Below are positions 23,001-46,223 of a stretch of 64,000 bases of DNA, piece by piece. Source of the stretch: Antedon mediterranea (Eukaryota > Animalia > Echinodermata); the NCBI RefSeq assembly GCF_964355755.1, contig NC_092670.1, positions 36,072,388-36,136,387 of the forward strand, given 5' to 3'. The notes under the pieces were generated by a model that was given only the letters and a program-made list of their open reading frames with translations, was not told the origin of the DNA and made no database searches. A program made the position numbers and the translations under genes. The stretch's first letter is position 1, and the number at the start of each line of letters is the position of its first letter.

Positions 23001-26000
23001 TTTATATTAACTAGATGGCACGCTCGCTTCGCTCGCGTACCATCTAGGGGTGCTCACAGATGGTTCTCGAATACAGTAGAATCCACGGACGGGGACTTTT
23101 TTGGGACACTAAACAAAAACGGAAGTGTCCCCCTAATTGGGGTATTCAGAAATAGAGACAACAAAACCAATACTGGATTCCATAAAGGACAATTAATTTA
23201 TGTGGATTAAAGAAATTAGGGAGAAATGGAAATGTATGTACGGGAATTGGGCGGCAGCACGTGGTGGTGGTGATGGAACCGCAGTAATAAAGTTGATTGT
23301 ATTTATATATTATAAGAACCAAACTAAATAAATAGACCTAGACATTCTGCGAAATGGAAATCGGAAATTCAAGCTCCTATTCAGTGAAAAATTAAACTGT
23401 AGTCTACCTAAATATTTAGGGCAAATCATCGGTTGTGGTGTTGAACTTCCTGTAAACATTTGTGTGAACCAAACTGGGTCGAATTTCTGTCATGAGTACT
23501 GATTTGTTGGCCTGTGATTTATGACGCCTAAGGGATCTATCTAGACTTATTTTTTAGAATAATGTACGTACCTGTCAGATACAATTGTCTTGTGTCGTAT
23601 AATAAATAAGTACTGTAATAGTTACTGAAGTTACTATTACAATCTCGTCAATGAAAACACGAAAATGTATATGCACTTACTTATGAAAACGTATACAGTA
23701 TTATACTCAGTTATTGAAACAGTAGGTTTAAAAAAGTTTCGTTTGTCTGTAAAATGATGTAATCAAGCTGTTTACATGAGTCTTAATTTATAAGCACATC
23801 AATAATAAAATAGTTTATCTATCCTGTAATTGCCGAGATTATGGTCGCTGTTGAATGAAATAAAGCCAATCGGTATCATATTTGTACAGAAACGTTTTCG
23901 CGGCCGAAGGGTGTAACCTAAATTCGTTGTATTATTATTATCGTCAAGAACTAACTGTAACTACATAGAAAGTAGGGTATCATAAATTTGGCCTTAGCAC
24001 TCGGGGGAGTGGCTAAGATGAAGTCCGTGGGACTACTAAATATAAATTGTAATGAACCTCGAGGGACATAAATAGGAATATTTCATGCTTCATTATCAAT
24101 GTATAATAAATGGAAACTGTTTACCGATTCAAATAATAGAAATTGGTTTTTAACATTTTCCGAACCTATTGCAAGTTTATTCTCAAAGGGCCCATATATT
24201 TACCTACCGTATGTGTTAAACCAAGGGCTCATAAATTTACCTACAGTACTTGTGTTAAACCAAACTACTGGATGTTCCATTCATCGCAAATCAATACATT
24301 TGTATAATCGTATATTAAATCTATCAAAATAGTATTTTTTAAAGAAAATCGGCCTGTCTTCAACATTATGATGGTGTACTCTAGCTGTTCAACCGGTTTT
24401 CAGCTATTAAAAACAATTATCGTAGGAGGAGATAGGAAAATGCGAAGCCTCCTCGCTATGTAACATTAGGGTTGAGGGATGGGAAAGCGGATAGGTACAA
24501 AGAGGAACAATTTTTAAATATATTCTTTATCCACTGAGTAACGAAATATTTTGTTCATGTTTTATAGGCCTATAAATAATATACCTCTAAATACAGTAGG
24601 CCTAAAACATTTGCGATTTAATACTTTGTTAAAATTGTCACTGTCATAATCGATTGAAATATTAAAGTACATGTCACGATACACCACTACGACGTTTATA
24701 TTTTTGGTAATTATTAATTAATACAAACGTTGAGAAGGAACTGTCAGTATAAAGTTTATTTGTATATCTAACAGTAGAGCCTATCCACAGTCTCAGTAAT
24801 AAAGTTTATTTGTATATATTTTTATATTACATCTAACAGTACGAACATTCACAGTAAGAAATGTTCGATTCAAATGAAAAATAGTTAATAGGTATTTACA
24901 GTATTGTCAAAGTATTGCAAGTTTATTCTCAAAGGGCCCATATATTTACCTACCGTATGTGTTAAACCAAGGGCTCATAAATTTACCTACAGTACTTGTG
25001 TTAAACCAACTCTGGCAGACTGAGAGATTGGGATGTTCCATTCATCGCAAATCAATACATTTGTATAATCGTATATTAAATCTATCAAAATAGTATTTTT
25101 TAAAGAAAATCGGCCTGTCTTCAACATTATGATGGTGTACTCTAGCTGTTCAACCGGTTTTCAGCTATTAAAAACAATTATCGTAGGAGGAGATAGAAAA
25201 ATGCGAAGCCTCCTCGCATTTTTTTGGCGGGTATTTTTCAAGATGGACATCCATTAGACAGTGTATACCACGATCGGAAAACACCCCTATTTGGGGCAAA
25301 TCTTTGAACCTAAATTCGTTTTAATCGTCAATAACTAATTATCTAACTCAATTTAATTAGTAAACAGGGTTACATCAGGCGGTTAAAATAAGTACCGAAA
25401 GTACGAACCAACTTTACATACCATCGAGTGAAAATTCTAGAAGTAAGGCGCGATTTACCGAATTTTGCCCTTACGTAAATTTATATATAGATTTATACTA
25501 AGCTAATGTCTATATTATGCCATGATTTCATGCATGCATGTGTATGTACAGTATAATGTAATGTACCGTTTGTTGGCCTATATGGGCACATTTAACATTT
25601 CTGCTTCTGTTTTGAACCTCATCTGGTATTTTGTTGTCCTGGCAATGGTATTCCCTAACAATGCGCGTCCCCTGTTATAATTAATGTTCTATTCGTCTAT
25701 CTTTTATTTATTTATTTATTAATTTATTTATTTATTCTTTTTACGGTAGCTTAATTAATGTGACTAGTTTTTAGTGGGCCTCCTATCACAAGGCCCTTGG
25801 GGTTTCTTGGAGGTCCCTTTCATTGTTAAAAATATGTTTTACTCATTGCTTGCTTTTTTTTGTTTGTTTTATGCGATGAATAAAGATTTATGATTTATGC
25901 TATGTTTATGTTACGGTTCTATTGCGCGGCCACCCACTCACTTAGTTTGACCACCCACTCACTTAGTTTGACCAGTCACTCACTAACTTTGGCCACTCAT

Positions 26001-27466
26001 GTTTAATGATCGACTAAAATATTTGATACATTAGTTGGGCGTCCACTGTATTCGATTTTTCATATTTCAGTCAAGCAAGAGAATCTTCCCAATCAAATCA
26101 CTCCAATCAATTCTACGAACATTCTACCACCTGAATTCTGAAAATACTCAAATTGGAACCAACTTATCACAACATCTAGCTCACTGCTGCTTGGCGTCCA
26201 TTTTGGCTAGTGTTCCTCTTTACGAGGCAGTGTATAATGATGACCATTGGAGCATTGATCTCTGGACATTGTGTGTGGACATATTTCTGAAGACTCCTGA
26301 TTTGTTGCACCTTTCATTGGAGTTGATGGATTGTGGAATTCAAGGTAAATATAAAAGAGTGTATTTCATAAGATCCTAACTGTATAGAAATAACTTTTGT
26401 TCCAGAATAAACACCCCCATAATGAAAGTAGAACAGCCCATGGCGCAAAGTAAAATTATTAATTTATATATAACCTGTTATTACCTGCATAATTTGGACT
26501 CTACAATTTTGGTTAGTTGATAATAGAATCATATATCTCACTGTGGGTATTTTAAATCCTTTACTCTAACTAAAATTAAAAAAAGTGTATTTAGGGATCA
26601 TATGTAATGTTATATTTTGTTTTTACTGCAATTTTTGTTTCAATGTAGACATTTTTAAGTTGGTCCCTACAATGATTTACCAACAAAAATCTAACTTGCG
26701 AAATAATTGCATTAACAGATTAAATAGTATAAAATATATAGTTACTGCAGTAGCTGTTATACTAAATAATGTTGGCGTAGTACAATATATAGTAATTTGA
26801 AAGTTATTGTAATTCAGAACACTCATTTTTACACACCACAGTTGAACCTCCGTAAGCGGCCACCTCCCATAAGCGGCCATATTTCCCGGTCCTAAGCGTG
26901 ACCGCTTATGGGAGGTTTAACTGTATAACAATTGTCTCAATGTTTATTACTATATATCAGATGTTTCGCAAGAAGATGATATTTACAAGACTGCTATTGT
27001 TTTGTTACGGTTGCTGCAAACATCTTCGTTGTCAATTTATCTAGTTAGGGACGCGTTGTTGTTGCGGAGAATATCTAACAACTTACAGGTTAGTGTTTTC
27101 CTACTCATTTCACTGTGCTGGCTTAAGCCTTGTCCACACTATCAAACTTGATTTGACAAAAAATGTGACATGCTCATATATAGACATGATGATGTCATAT
27201 TATTACCATATTTGGGCACATCATACTTTTTTGTCAAACTAGACAGAGCTTTTAAACCTTAACATGATACAGCACCACATGTGATACATTTGTCGCACTG
27301 TATATAAGATTTTTCTAAGATATCTGACGAATGATGTTAGATGAAATTAATATACTTTTTAAATATTTTTTTTCAGATTCATCATCTATGTCCAAAAGAG
27401 AGCCAATGGCGGGTTGAACTAAACTATGAGTTAAGTCTTCTGCCATCAGTAACAGACAGAAGATGA
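8008..27466 (+). CDS. TEX10: Testis-expressed protein 10 (Ipi1 / rixosome subunit), 14 coding exons, ~891 aa
   Basis: Exons 8008-8199, 17664-18152, 18401-18561, 19465-19708, 20140-20449, 20602-20716, 21064-21257, 21615-21792, 22243-22307, 22408-22562, 22647-22727, 26071-26344, 26961-27088, 27377-27466; phases consistent. N-terminal KKDFQKVKLKVGK..N.T, LNHYNSKVRQDSLWGMKELL and YLCSAMTHI..VQLDSL are Ipi1/TEX10 motifs. Confidence 0.92.
8430..9100. repeat. 21-bp quasi-palindromic subterminal repeat array (left TIR)
   Basis: Consensus near AAACGGATTACTAATCCGTTT, roughly 30 copies. Confidence 0.9.
10642..11235. repeat. 88-bp hairpin-unit tandem array, ~6.7 copies (left arm)
   Basis: Unit TTTATTATTTGTCATCCTTCAGGGCAGGTATTGTATGATTCCACTGTACATAGCCGTATACCTGCCCTGACGTATGACAAATAAGACA. 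Confidence 0.95.
12955..16048. repeat. 88-bp hairpin-unit tandem array, ~35 copies (right arm, inverted relative to left)
   Basis: Reverse complement of the left-arm unit, period 88 bp. Confidence 0.95.
16803..17420. repeat. 21-bp quasi-palindromic subterminal repeat array (right TIR)
   Basis: Same unit as 8430-9100. Confidence 0.9.
18204..18308. mobile_element. Harbinger-type MITE copy (internally deleted)
   Basis: AGCTCTGTCTACACTATCAAAC...AGTTTGATAGTGTA. Confidence 0.7.
18985..19270 (-). mobile_element. tRNA-derived SINE (CORE-like body), apparently inserted in a Tc1-type MITE (~18885-19345)
   Basis: Minus strand: GGTTCGAATC B-box, TTAAGCAAGACACTTACAC..AAAATGGGTGC CORE-like segment, GTAAAGCGCCTTTGAG..GGGCGCTATAGAA tail; flanked by GGACAC/GTGTCCCCTTAATAGAGGTTC MITE pieces. 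Confidence 0.6.
20862..21003 (+). mobile_element. tRNA-derived SINE copy
   Basis: A-box-like GTGGTCTAATGGTTAGG, degenerate B-box; same family as 3195-3366. Confidence 0.6.
22788..22960 (-). mobile_element. Deu-domain-like SINE fragment
   Basis: Minus strand GGATAAAGACTATAAACC..GGTCCAGTGTAC..AAAGAACCTAGTACATCTTTC..GAGTAGGGG, shared with 38810 and 51265 copies. Confidence 0.6.
23011..25491 (-). mobile_element. Non-autonomous Helitron
   Basis: Minus strand starts A|TCTATATATAAA (25491) and ends with hairpin CTAGATGGTACGCGAGCGAAGCGAGCGTGCCATCTAG|T (23011); no TSD; internal ~290 bp duplication (24166-24455 vs 24913-25217). Confidence 0.8.
26839..26923. mobile_element. Short Tc1/mariner-type MITE
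   Basis: CAGTTGAACCTCCGTAAGCGG...CCGCTTATGGGAGGTTTAACTG inverted ends, TA on the right. Confidence 0.65.
27126..27250. mobile_element. Harbinger-type MITE copy
   Basis: AGCCTTGTCCACACTATCAAAC..AGACAGAGCT, family core. Confidence 0.65.
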
Positions 27467-27561
27467 TGTCATATCACTACAATATTTAGGCATATCACTA
27501 CCATATTTGGGCACATCACACTTTTTTTGTCATACTAGTTTGATCTAGTGTAGACAGAGCT
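27462..27561. mobile_element. Half Harbinger-type MITE overlapping the TEX10 stop codon
   Basis: GATGATGTCATATCACTAC..GGGCACATCACAC..TAGTGTAGACAGAGCT; TEX10 TGA is 27464-27466. Confidence 0.7.
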
Positions 27562-27932
27562 AACTAATCAGCTGAGGTTTGTACTATTTACAGCGATTCT
27601 TAAAATTATTAAATGGCAAAAATTAATACTGATAATAATATATTGCCATATATTTGCTCATATACTGTGTTATCACCCTTTTATAGTCCCGTAATAACCA
27701 TTTATATAAAAAAATAAACTGTCTAAATATCAACATTTAGAAATATGTAATAATATTGAGGTAATATAAATAAATATGTGCAGAATACATTTTGTGTTTC
27801 AAATAATAATTATAGTAACCAGTTTATGTGGAAAGATAAAAGGGTAAACATTTTCCTGTTTCTTTTTAAAAATCCCTGTACTAATTGAGAAAATAGCCAA
27901 ATATCGAATTTATAAAATGTATATGATATTGA

Positions 27933-29005
27933 GGTAATGTGTGTAGAAAACATTATGTGCATCTGCGCATGACAAATTATGATAGTAAGCCTAACCAGTA
28001 ATGTGCGCAGAACACATTATGTGCATCTGCGCATGACAAATTATGATAGTAAGCCTAACCAGTAATGTGTGCAGAAAACATTATGTGCATCTGCGCATGA
28101 CAAATTATGATAGTAAGCCTAACCAGTAATGTGCGCAGAAAACATTATGTGCATCTGCGCATGACAAATTATGATAGTAAGCCTAACCAGTAATGTGTGC
28201 AGAAAACATTATGTGCATCTGCGCATGACAAATTATGATAGTAAGCCTAACCAGTAATGTGCGCAGAAAACATTATGTGCATCTGCGCATGACAAATTAT
28301 GATAGTAAGCCTAACCAGTAATGTGTGCAGAAAACATTATGTGCATCTGCGCATGACAAATTATGATAGTAAGCCTAACCAGTAATGTGTGCAGAACACA
28401 TTATGTGCATCTGCGCATGACAAATTATGATAGTAAGCCTAACCAGTAATGTGTGCAGAAAACATTATGTGCATCTGCGCATGACAAATTATGATAGTAA
28501 GCCTAACCAGTAATGTGTGCAGAAAACATTATGTGCATCTGCGCATGACAAATTATGATAGTAAGCCTAACCAGTAATGTGTGCAGAACACATTATGTGC
28601 ATCTGCGCATGACAAATTATGATAGTAAGCCTAACCAGTAATGTGTGCAGAAAACATTATGTGCATCTGCGCATGACAAATTATGATAGTAAGCCTAACC
28701 AGTAATGTGTGCAGAAAACATTATGTGCATCTGCGCATGACAAATTATGATAGTAAGCCTAACCAGTAATGTGTGCAGAACACATGTCACATTATGATAT
28801 AGTAACCAGTTATGGCGAAAAATAAAAGGGTTGAAATTTAGCTATTTTTTTGAAAAATTCCTGTACTATTAATAAAACACATGTGTCTGTGCATGTCAAA
28901 TTATGATAGTAAGCCTAACCAGTAATGTGCGCAGAAAACATTATGTGCATCTGCGCATGACAAATTATGATAGTAAGCCTAACCAGTAATGTGTGCAGAA
29001 CACAT
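27933..29005. repeat. 64-bp minisatellite (~13 tandem copies plus a partial duplicate)
   Basis: Unit AGTAATGTGTGCAGAAAACATTATGTGCATCTGCGCATGACAAATTATGATAGTAAGCCTAACC. Confidence 0.93.
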
Positions 29006-29399
29006 GTCACATTATGATAGTAACCAGTTATGGCGAAAAATAAAAGGGTTGAAATTTAGCTATTTTTTTGAAAAATTCCTGTACTATTAATAAAACACAT
29101 GTGTCTGTGCATGTCAAATTATGATATACATTTATGTTGAAAAATAAAAGGGTCAAAATTTTGCCATTTTTTTTAAATTTCCAAAATATCCACTTTTTAA
29201 AATTCAATAATTATGAGATAATATTGCCATATATGGGCATATATTGTGTTATCATCATTTTATAAAGCCATAGTAACTAGTAAAAAATAAAAAGGTAAAA
29301 AATTTGCTATTTTTTCCAAAAATGCCCAAAATATAACCTTTTTAAAATTCAATTATTATGCGATAATATGGCTATATATTGCTTTGTATCATCTTATAG

Positions 29400-31730
29400 A
29401 GCCAAAGTAACAAGTTTTGTCGAAAAATAAAAGCGTCGAAATTTTGCCATTTTGGAAAAAAATCCCTGTACTATACTGCCCCGTCATGAAAGAACGACTC
29501 AACTGCATAAAGCAAAGTATTCTTGTTTTAGCTCTTCACATGTGTAGATAATATTATTTTGATTAGCATAATAAACATGCTCAGAGGCGAATCATGGGTT
29601 CTGCGCATGTCAATTGTTGCTATAGTAACCACATGCGCAGAGACGAATAATGGGTTCTGCGCATGTCAATTGTGCTATAGTAACCAGTTTTGACATAAAT
29701 GGTTACTATAGCATAATAAACATGCGCAGAGGCGACTAATGGGTTCTGCGCATGTCAATTGTGCTATAGTAACCATTTTTATCGAAAAATAAAAAGGTCG
29801 AAAATTGGCAATTTTTTGGAAAAAATCCCTGTACTATAGTAGAGGGAAATTTTTGAAAAATGGCCAATTTTCGACCCTTTTATTTGTTGACATAAATGGT
29901 TACTATTGCATAATAAACATGCGTAGAGGCGAATAATGGGTTCTGCGCATGTCAATTGTGCTATAGTAACCTGTTTTATCGAAAAATAAAAAGGTCGAAA
30001 ATTTGAAAATTTTCAAAAAAAATTGCCGATTTTCGACCCTTTTATTTTTGACATAAATGGTTACTATTGCATAATAAACATGCGCAGAGACGAATAATGG
30101 GTTCTGCACATGTCAATTGTGCGACAGTAACCAGTTTTGACATAAATGGTTACTATAGCATAATAAACATGCGCAGAGGCGACTAATGGGTTCTGCGCAT
30201 GTCAATTGTGCTATAGTAACCATTTTTATCGAAAAATAAAAAGGTCGACAATTGGCAATTTTTTGGAAAAAATCCCCGTACTATAGTAGAGGGAAATTTT
30301 TGAAAAATGGCCAATTTTCGACCCTTTTATTTTTTGACATAAATGGTTACTATTGCATAATAAACATGCGTAGAGGCGAATAATGGGTTCTGCGCATGTC
30401 AATTGTGCTATAGTAACCAGTTTTGAAATAAATGGTTACCATAGCATAATAAACATGCGCAGAGACGAATAATGGGTTCTGCACATGTCAATTGTGCGAC
30501 AGTAACCAGTTTTGACATAAATGGTTACTATAGCATAATAAACATGCGCAGAGTCGATAATGGGTTCTGTGCATGTTAATTGTGCTATAGTAACCAGTTT
30601 TATCGAAAAATAAAAAGGTCGAAAATTGGCAATTTTTTGGAAAAAATCCCTGTACTATAGTAGAGGGAAATTTTTGAAAAATGGCCAATTTTCGACCCTT
30701 TTATTTTTTGACATAAATGATTACTATTGCATAATAAACATGCGTAGAGGCGAATAATGGGTTCTGCGCATGTCAATTGTGCTATAGTAACCAGTTTTGA
30801 AATAAATGGTTACCATAGCATAATATACATGCGCAGAGGCGACTAATGGGTTCTGCGCATGTCAATTGTGCTATAGTAACCTGTTTTATCGAAAAATAAA
30901 AAGGTCGACAATTGGCAATTTTTTGGAAAAAATCCCCGTACTATAGTAGAGGGAAATTTTTGAAAAATGGCCAATTTTCGACCCTTTTATTTTTTGACAT
31001 AAATGGTTACTATTGCATAATAAACATGCGTAGAGGCGAATAATGGGTTCTGCGCATGTCAATTGTGCTATAGTAACCAGTTTTGAAATAAATGGTTACC
31101 ATAGCATAATAAACATGCGCAGAGGCGAATAATGGGTTCTGCGCATGTCAATTGTGCTATAGTAACCAGTTTTATAAAAAAAAAAAAATTTCGAAAATTT
31201 GCCATTTTTTGAAAAATTCCTGTACTATAGTACAGGGACATTTTCGAAAAATGGCCGATTTTCGACCCTTTTATTTTTTGACGTAAATGGTTACTATTGC
31301 ATAATAAACATGCGCAGAGTCAACTAATGGGTTCTGCGCATGTCAATTGTGCTACAGTAACCAGTTTTGACATAAATGGTTATTATAGCATAATAAACAT
31401 GCGCAGAGGCGAATAATGGGTTCTGCGCATTTCAATTGTGCTATAGTAACCAGTTTTGACATAAATGGTTACTAAAGCATAATAAACATGCGCAGAGTCG
31501 ACAGGGAAATGTTCGAAAAATTGCCGATTTTCGAACCTTTTATTTTCGATAAAAATGGTTACTATTGCATAATAAAAATGCGCAGAGACGAATAATGGGT
31601 TCTGCGCATGTCAATTGTGCGATAGTAACCAGTTTTATCGAAAAATAAAAAGATCGAAAATTTTTCATTTTTTGAAAAATCCCTGTACTATACATGCGTA
31701 GAGGCGACTAATGGGTTCTGCGCATGTTAA
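29400..31730. repeat. Complex palindromic satellite built from tandem MITE-like units with variable numbers of ~87-bp subunits
   Basis: Subunit CATGCGCAGAGGCGAATAATGGGTTCTGCGCATG..GCTATAGTAACC..GGTTACTATAGC; junctions AAAAATCCCTG-TACTATAGTA-(C/G)AGGGAAATTTTT. Confidence 0.85.
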
Positions 31731-32539
31731 TATAAAATATCGACAAAATCCGATTACTATAGAAGTTAAGTCATACCATCCAATATAGAAATAATAAACA
31801 TAACATCAAGCATTGTATTCAACTTTATAAAAATTATCACTAATTTTAAAAATGAAACTTTATTGATAAAGAATATATCCTCAACAACAAAAAGTAATCC
31901 GGTATGTTAGTGTCAATAAGTGATCGAGTGAGTAAATGCATTTCTTAATGTAAAACATGCATAATGTTATATAGTATTGTTTGTTTTCATAACATATTTA
32001 GAATCTTTGACCAAAAATTGGACCAACATTATTTACTTGAAAAAACTGCAACTTAAAGCAAAGAATAGTCAAATTGGCTGCCAGCCAATGAGTTTCTGTC
32101 ATTTTATAATTGATTTTCGGTTTTTCTTTTACAGAAGTGATAACTTTGTTAAAACTACAAAATACCCTATTCAAAGATTTTATTAATCTTCATTTTTCAT
32201 GTTTACATCTTTAAGGTTACATAAAATTAACCATTTATAATATAAAAGATGAACGTTAAATTGAAAGATGTTTATCTCTATATTGTATCAGTTAATTAAC
32301 TAAAACATTTCCACAGAATCCTAAACATTCATAGTAATGAAAATAAAATTAATAAAATAAAGAAAAAATATTTTAAAATACCATGCCTTCTGTATTATTT
32401 TAATGTTTAAAGGGTAAAATAGTCCCAGGTTTAACATTTCTATTGTTTGCAAAAGCATTGATTGAATAAAGCCTTTCAATTTTTTTTTGCTACAGGAATT
32501 TTTTTGTAATGAAAACATCAGATCAAAACTTTATACCCA

Positions 32540-32845
32540 GAGGCGATTTTTTTTTCGTACATAAGTTGGGGACGTCTTATGCGAAAGATACCGCAACTAC
32601 TTCCTAAAAATAACTAAACCTAACCCTCTAAATAATCTCTCACACTATAAAGTAAAAAGAAGTTTGTCCATTGTCTAATCCACACGACTACACAGACGGC
32701 TCGAAAATATGCGTTTGCATTAGCGAATTATAGTTAGCTCAATTCTTACGTCACAACTTATGGAAATGACTAATGAATATTCATGTTTATTTTGTGATGT
32801 TTCATGAGGGGACCCCAACTTGTGTACAAAAAGAAATATCGTTTC
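32540..32845. mobile_element. ~305 bp MITE
   Basis: GAGGCGATTTTTTTTTCGTACATAAGTTGGGG and CCCCAACTTGTGTACAAAAAGAAATATCGTTTC are imperfect inverted ends. Confidence 0.6.
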
Positions 32846-33374
32846 CTGTTTAAGTTTATGGATTACATCCTATATCAAATTAGTGCAATTGATAAAAACA
32901 GAGAAAGTTGTGATCTACTGTACATTATATTGAAGTGAATATATAAATACAGTTTGTATGCCAATTAATACATTTATATACATCAAGAATCTTACAAGCT
33001 ATAGTTCCATTTTGATTTTCATAATCACAATAAATTATTTTAGATTTGGTTTAAACCGGTAAGAGTGAGATTAATCCGGTTTGTTCTAGTTCATACTTGC
33101 ACCTTCACGCTTGAATTCACAGGGAGACTGTTACTACTACAGGCATAATTGGCAATACCTGTATACAAGCTTCTGTCCAGGGCTGAAGGAAGTGCCTGTT
33201 CTTTTCATTATCCTCACACAGTCCTGTGATCCTAAGTGCAGAAAGGTAAATCGTGTATTATATAATTTATTCTGCTTTTATCAAATATTTACGAATGACG
33301 TAGAACATCTACTAAGCTGACACTTTCAGTACCAAAAAAGCTAACAGTCTGAATAGGTGTTAGTTGTAGTGTTA

Positions 33375-33566
33375 AGCTCTGTCTACAACAAAAGTGTGAT
33401 GTGCCCAAATATCGTAGTGATATGCCCAAATATGGTAGTGATGACATCATGTCCATATATGGGCACATCACATTTTGTGCAACGCGACTCTACAGCTCAC
33501 TGTGTCGGTCAGTTGGTAAACACTAACTTGAGTACGCGACTGCAGCTATGTATATGGCCTTGTTTT
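33375..33566. mobile_element. Harbinger-type MITE fragment fused to a short HINE/DINE-like copy
   Basis: MITE left TIR and core to ~33477, then ACGCGACTCTACAG..GTCGGTC..ACGCGACTGCAGCTATGTATATGGCCTTGTTTT. Confidence 0.6.
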
Positions 33567-33619
33567 TAGTGTATACAGAACTCTAGAACAATCATAACGA
33601 AAAATAATATTGCTTACAT

Positions 33620-44132
<10,513 letters not shown>

Positions 44133-46150
44133 TGTATCAAGTTATTTTCTATAAAATTAAAATATTAGAAAAAATATCAAAAATATGTGGAAATTTGCAG
44201 TTCTTATTTATTATTGATAAAAATACTAGGCCTACATACATAGACCCTATATTCTGCTGCACCATTTAACATAGGTCTACTAATAATTCTACTGCTTTTA
44301 TTCAGCAAACCTATTATTTAGTCTCTCTACTAATACTATGTAACTGTAACCACTCTAAGCCTACTACCCTAACTAGGCCTACTATCTAGTTAGGCCTAGC
44401 CTAGGCCTGTTTAGATTTATCCATGACTAGTAACTTACTAGTCGGTAGGCCTAGGCCTAGCTAGTCCTTATTCTTAAAACAAAATATAGGCCAAGTAGGC
44501 CTACTAGCTAGTAGAGTCGAAATTGTTGCCTGGTGGGGTGTTTTTTTATCTCTAGTCTAGTAGGCCTAGGCCTAGTTGTCATTGTTAATTTATATAGATT
44601 GAGATATTATCTCAACCATCCCTATTTGTCTTGTCGTTTTGTCTGGGCCCAACAACATCACATAACACGGGCATGTACCGCCGGACCGCCGAGGCTGTGC
44701 AGCCTCCTTCTTGTGGAATGTGGCACACCACAACAAGAAGGGTGGATGGGTTGGGGGTAGCCACTAATAATACTCAGTTTTAGTAATGAAAGAGCATGTT
44801 TCATACATTATTATACAATTAGACAGTTTCCTAGTTATACTTAGTATTCTAATGAGAAAACATACCCTTAAAATATTCTGAATACAATGGTGTATTGTGT
44901 GTTTATAAGCAGCATTCGTCTCACAACAAACAGGCTAGGCCTAGGCCCTCGTGAGTACTGTTTTCCATGTTTTCTTGTTAGACATTATAGAGGGCGCTAA
45001 TCTATATTAATTAAAATTTCTGCTATTAAAAAAATAAATTCATATACTGTAATAGTAATACCATGGAGCTATAAAAATTAGAACTCCATGGTAATACGGT
45101 TTATATTCATTAATTTTCGACAAAGACATAAAATGCAAAACATACATTACCAGTCTAGCGGATTGTAGAAAAGTGATATAATTCAACAAATGAAAATAAA
45201 ATAAAGATCTGTATTAATAATAATAATAATAATTACCTACCTAATAATAATATTTGGACCCATACAAGGTAGGCCTATAGGTAGGTAATTAATATCATTA
45301 TATTAATGTTATAATATTAATGTTCAGATCTTTATTATTATTTTCATTAGAATCAATCAATGTCTCAATTATTCACGATGGTCTCAAATAACCACTATAA
45401 ATGAAATCAAAGGTTAGGCCTAAATGCATAAAATATGAACATTCTAAGACATTAATCCATCACCCGGGTTCAACGGCTCAACGAGTAAAACGTCGTGCAG
45501 CAGACTGTGACAACAAACAAGGTAAGTGGTTCAATTCCTTCATTAACCATTGTAATTAAGTTCTTCTTTCAGAAAAAATAAAAACGCAAAAAAACCCGCG
45601 AAAATGCCTTCAATCGTCGATCAATAAAAAAAAACGCGAAAACTACGAATCACGCGAAAAAAAAAAAAACACAAAAAATGTATTTATATTTATTTATTTT
45701 TACTACAGTATTTGAGTAATCATCATTAATAAAAGTGAGCCAATTAGGTGCTTCCAATGCTGCTTTTTTTTTTACTAGTGTAGGCATAAATACTAAATGT
45801 CCAATACTATATAGGCCTACGTACGATTCGAGCGTATTATGCTGGTAATTTCACTTCGTCCCAAAGGGTGTGGGTTTATAGACCTAAAGTATTCAAATTA
45901 GCCTACAATTGTCATTGACGAATAGGCCATCTCATTTTTTTAAATCTATGACCAATCGATTGCCACATATTATTATAAAGAATAATTCCGAAGGCCGCGC
46001 CTAAATATGTCACACGTCCAATGATGATATTGACATTATAATTCATAGAGAATAAACAATAAATCGAATAAAAATTCCTAAACAGAATTTAATTGTCATG
46101 TGTAAATGAAGTTTATAATAAAGGAATGAGAACGGTTTGAATATTGGAGA

Positions 46151-46223
46151 GGAGCTGTAGCTTGGTGGTGTGGCATGCTTGCCTTCCAATCCCAGGTCCT
46201 GGGTTCAATCCTGACCTAGCACC
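46151..46223 (+). pseudogene. tRNA-like sequence (degenerate tRNA or SINE head, TCC in anticodon position)
   Basis: A-box TAGCTTGGTGG, B-box GGTTCAATCC, imperfect acceptor stem; anticodon stem does not pair. Confidence 0.45.

Noticed and set aside
45055-45350. Two AT-rich inverted repeats upstream of DDX42
   Set aside because: Low complexity with no TSD; probably decayed MITEs and not enough support to call.
46151-46223. Functional tRNA-Gly
   Set aside because: The anticodon stem cannot pair and the acceptor stem has a mismatch; more likely a SINE head or pseudogene.
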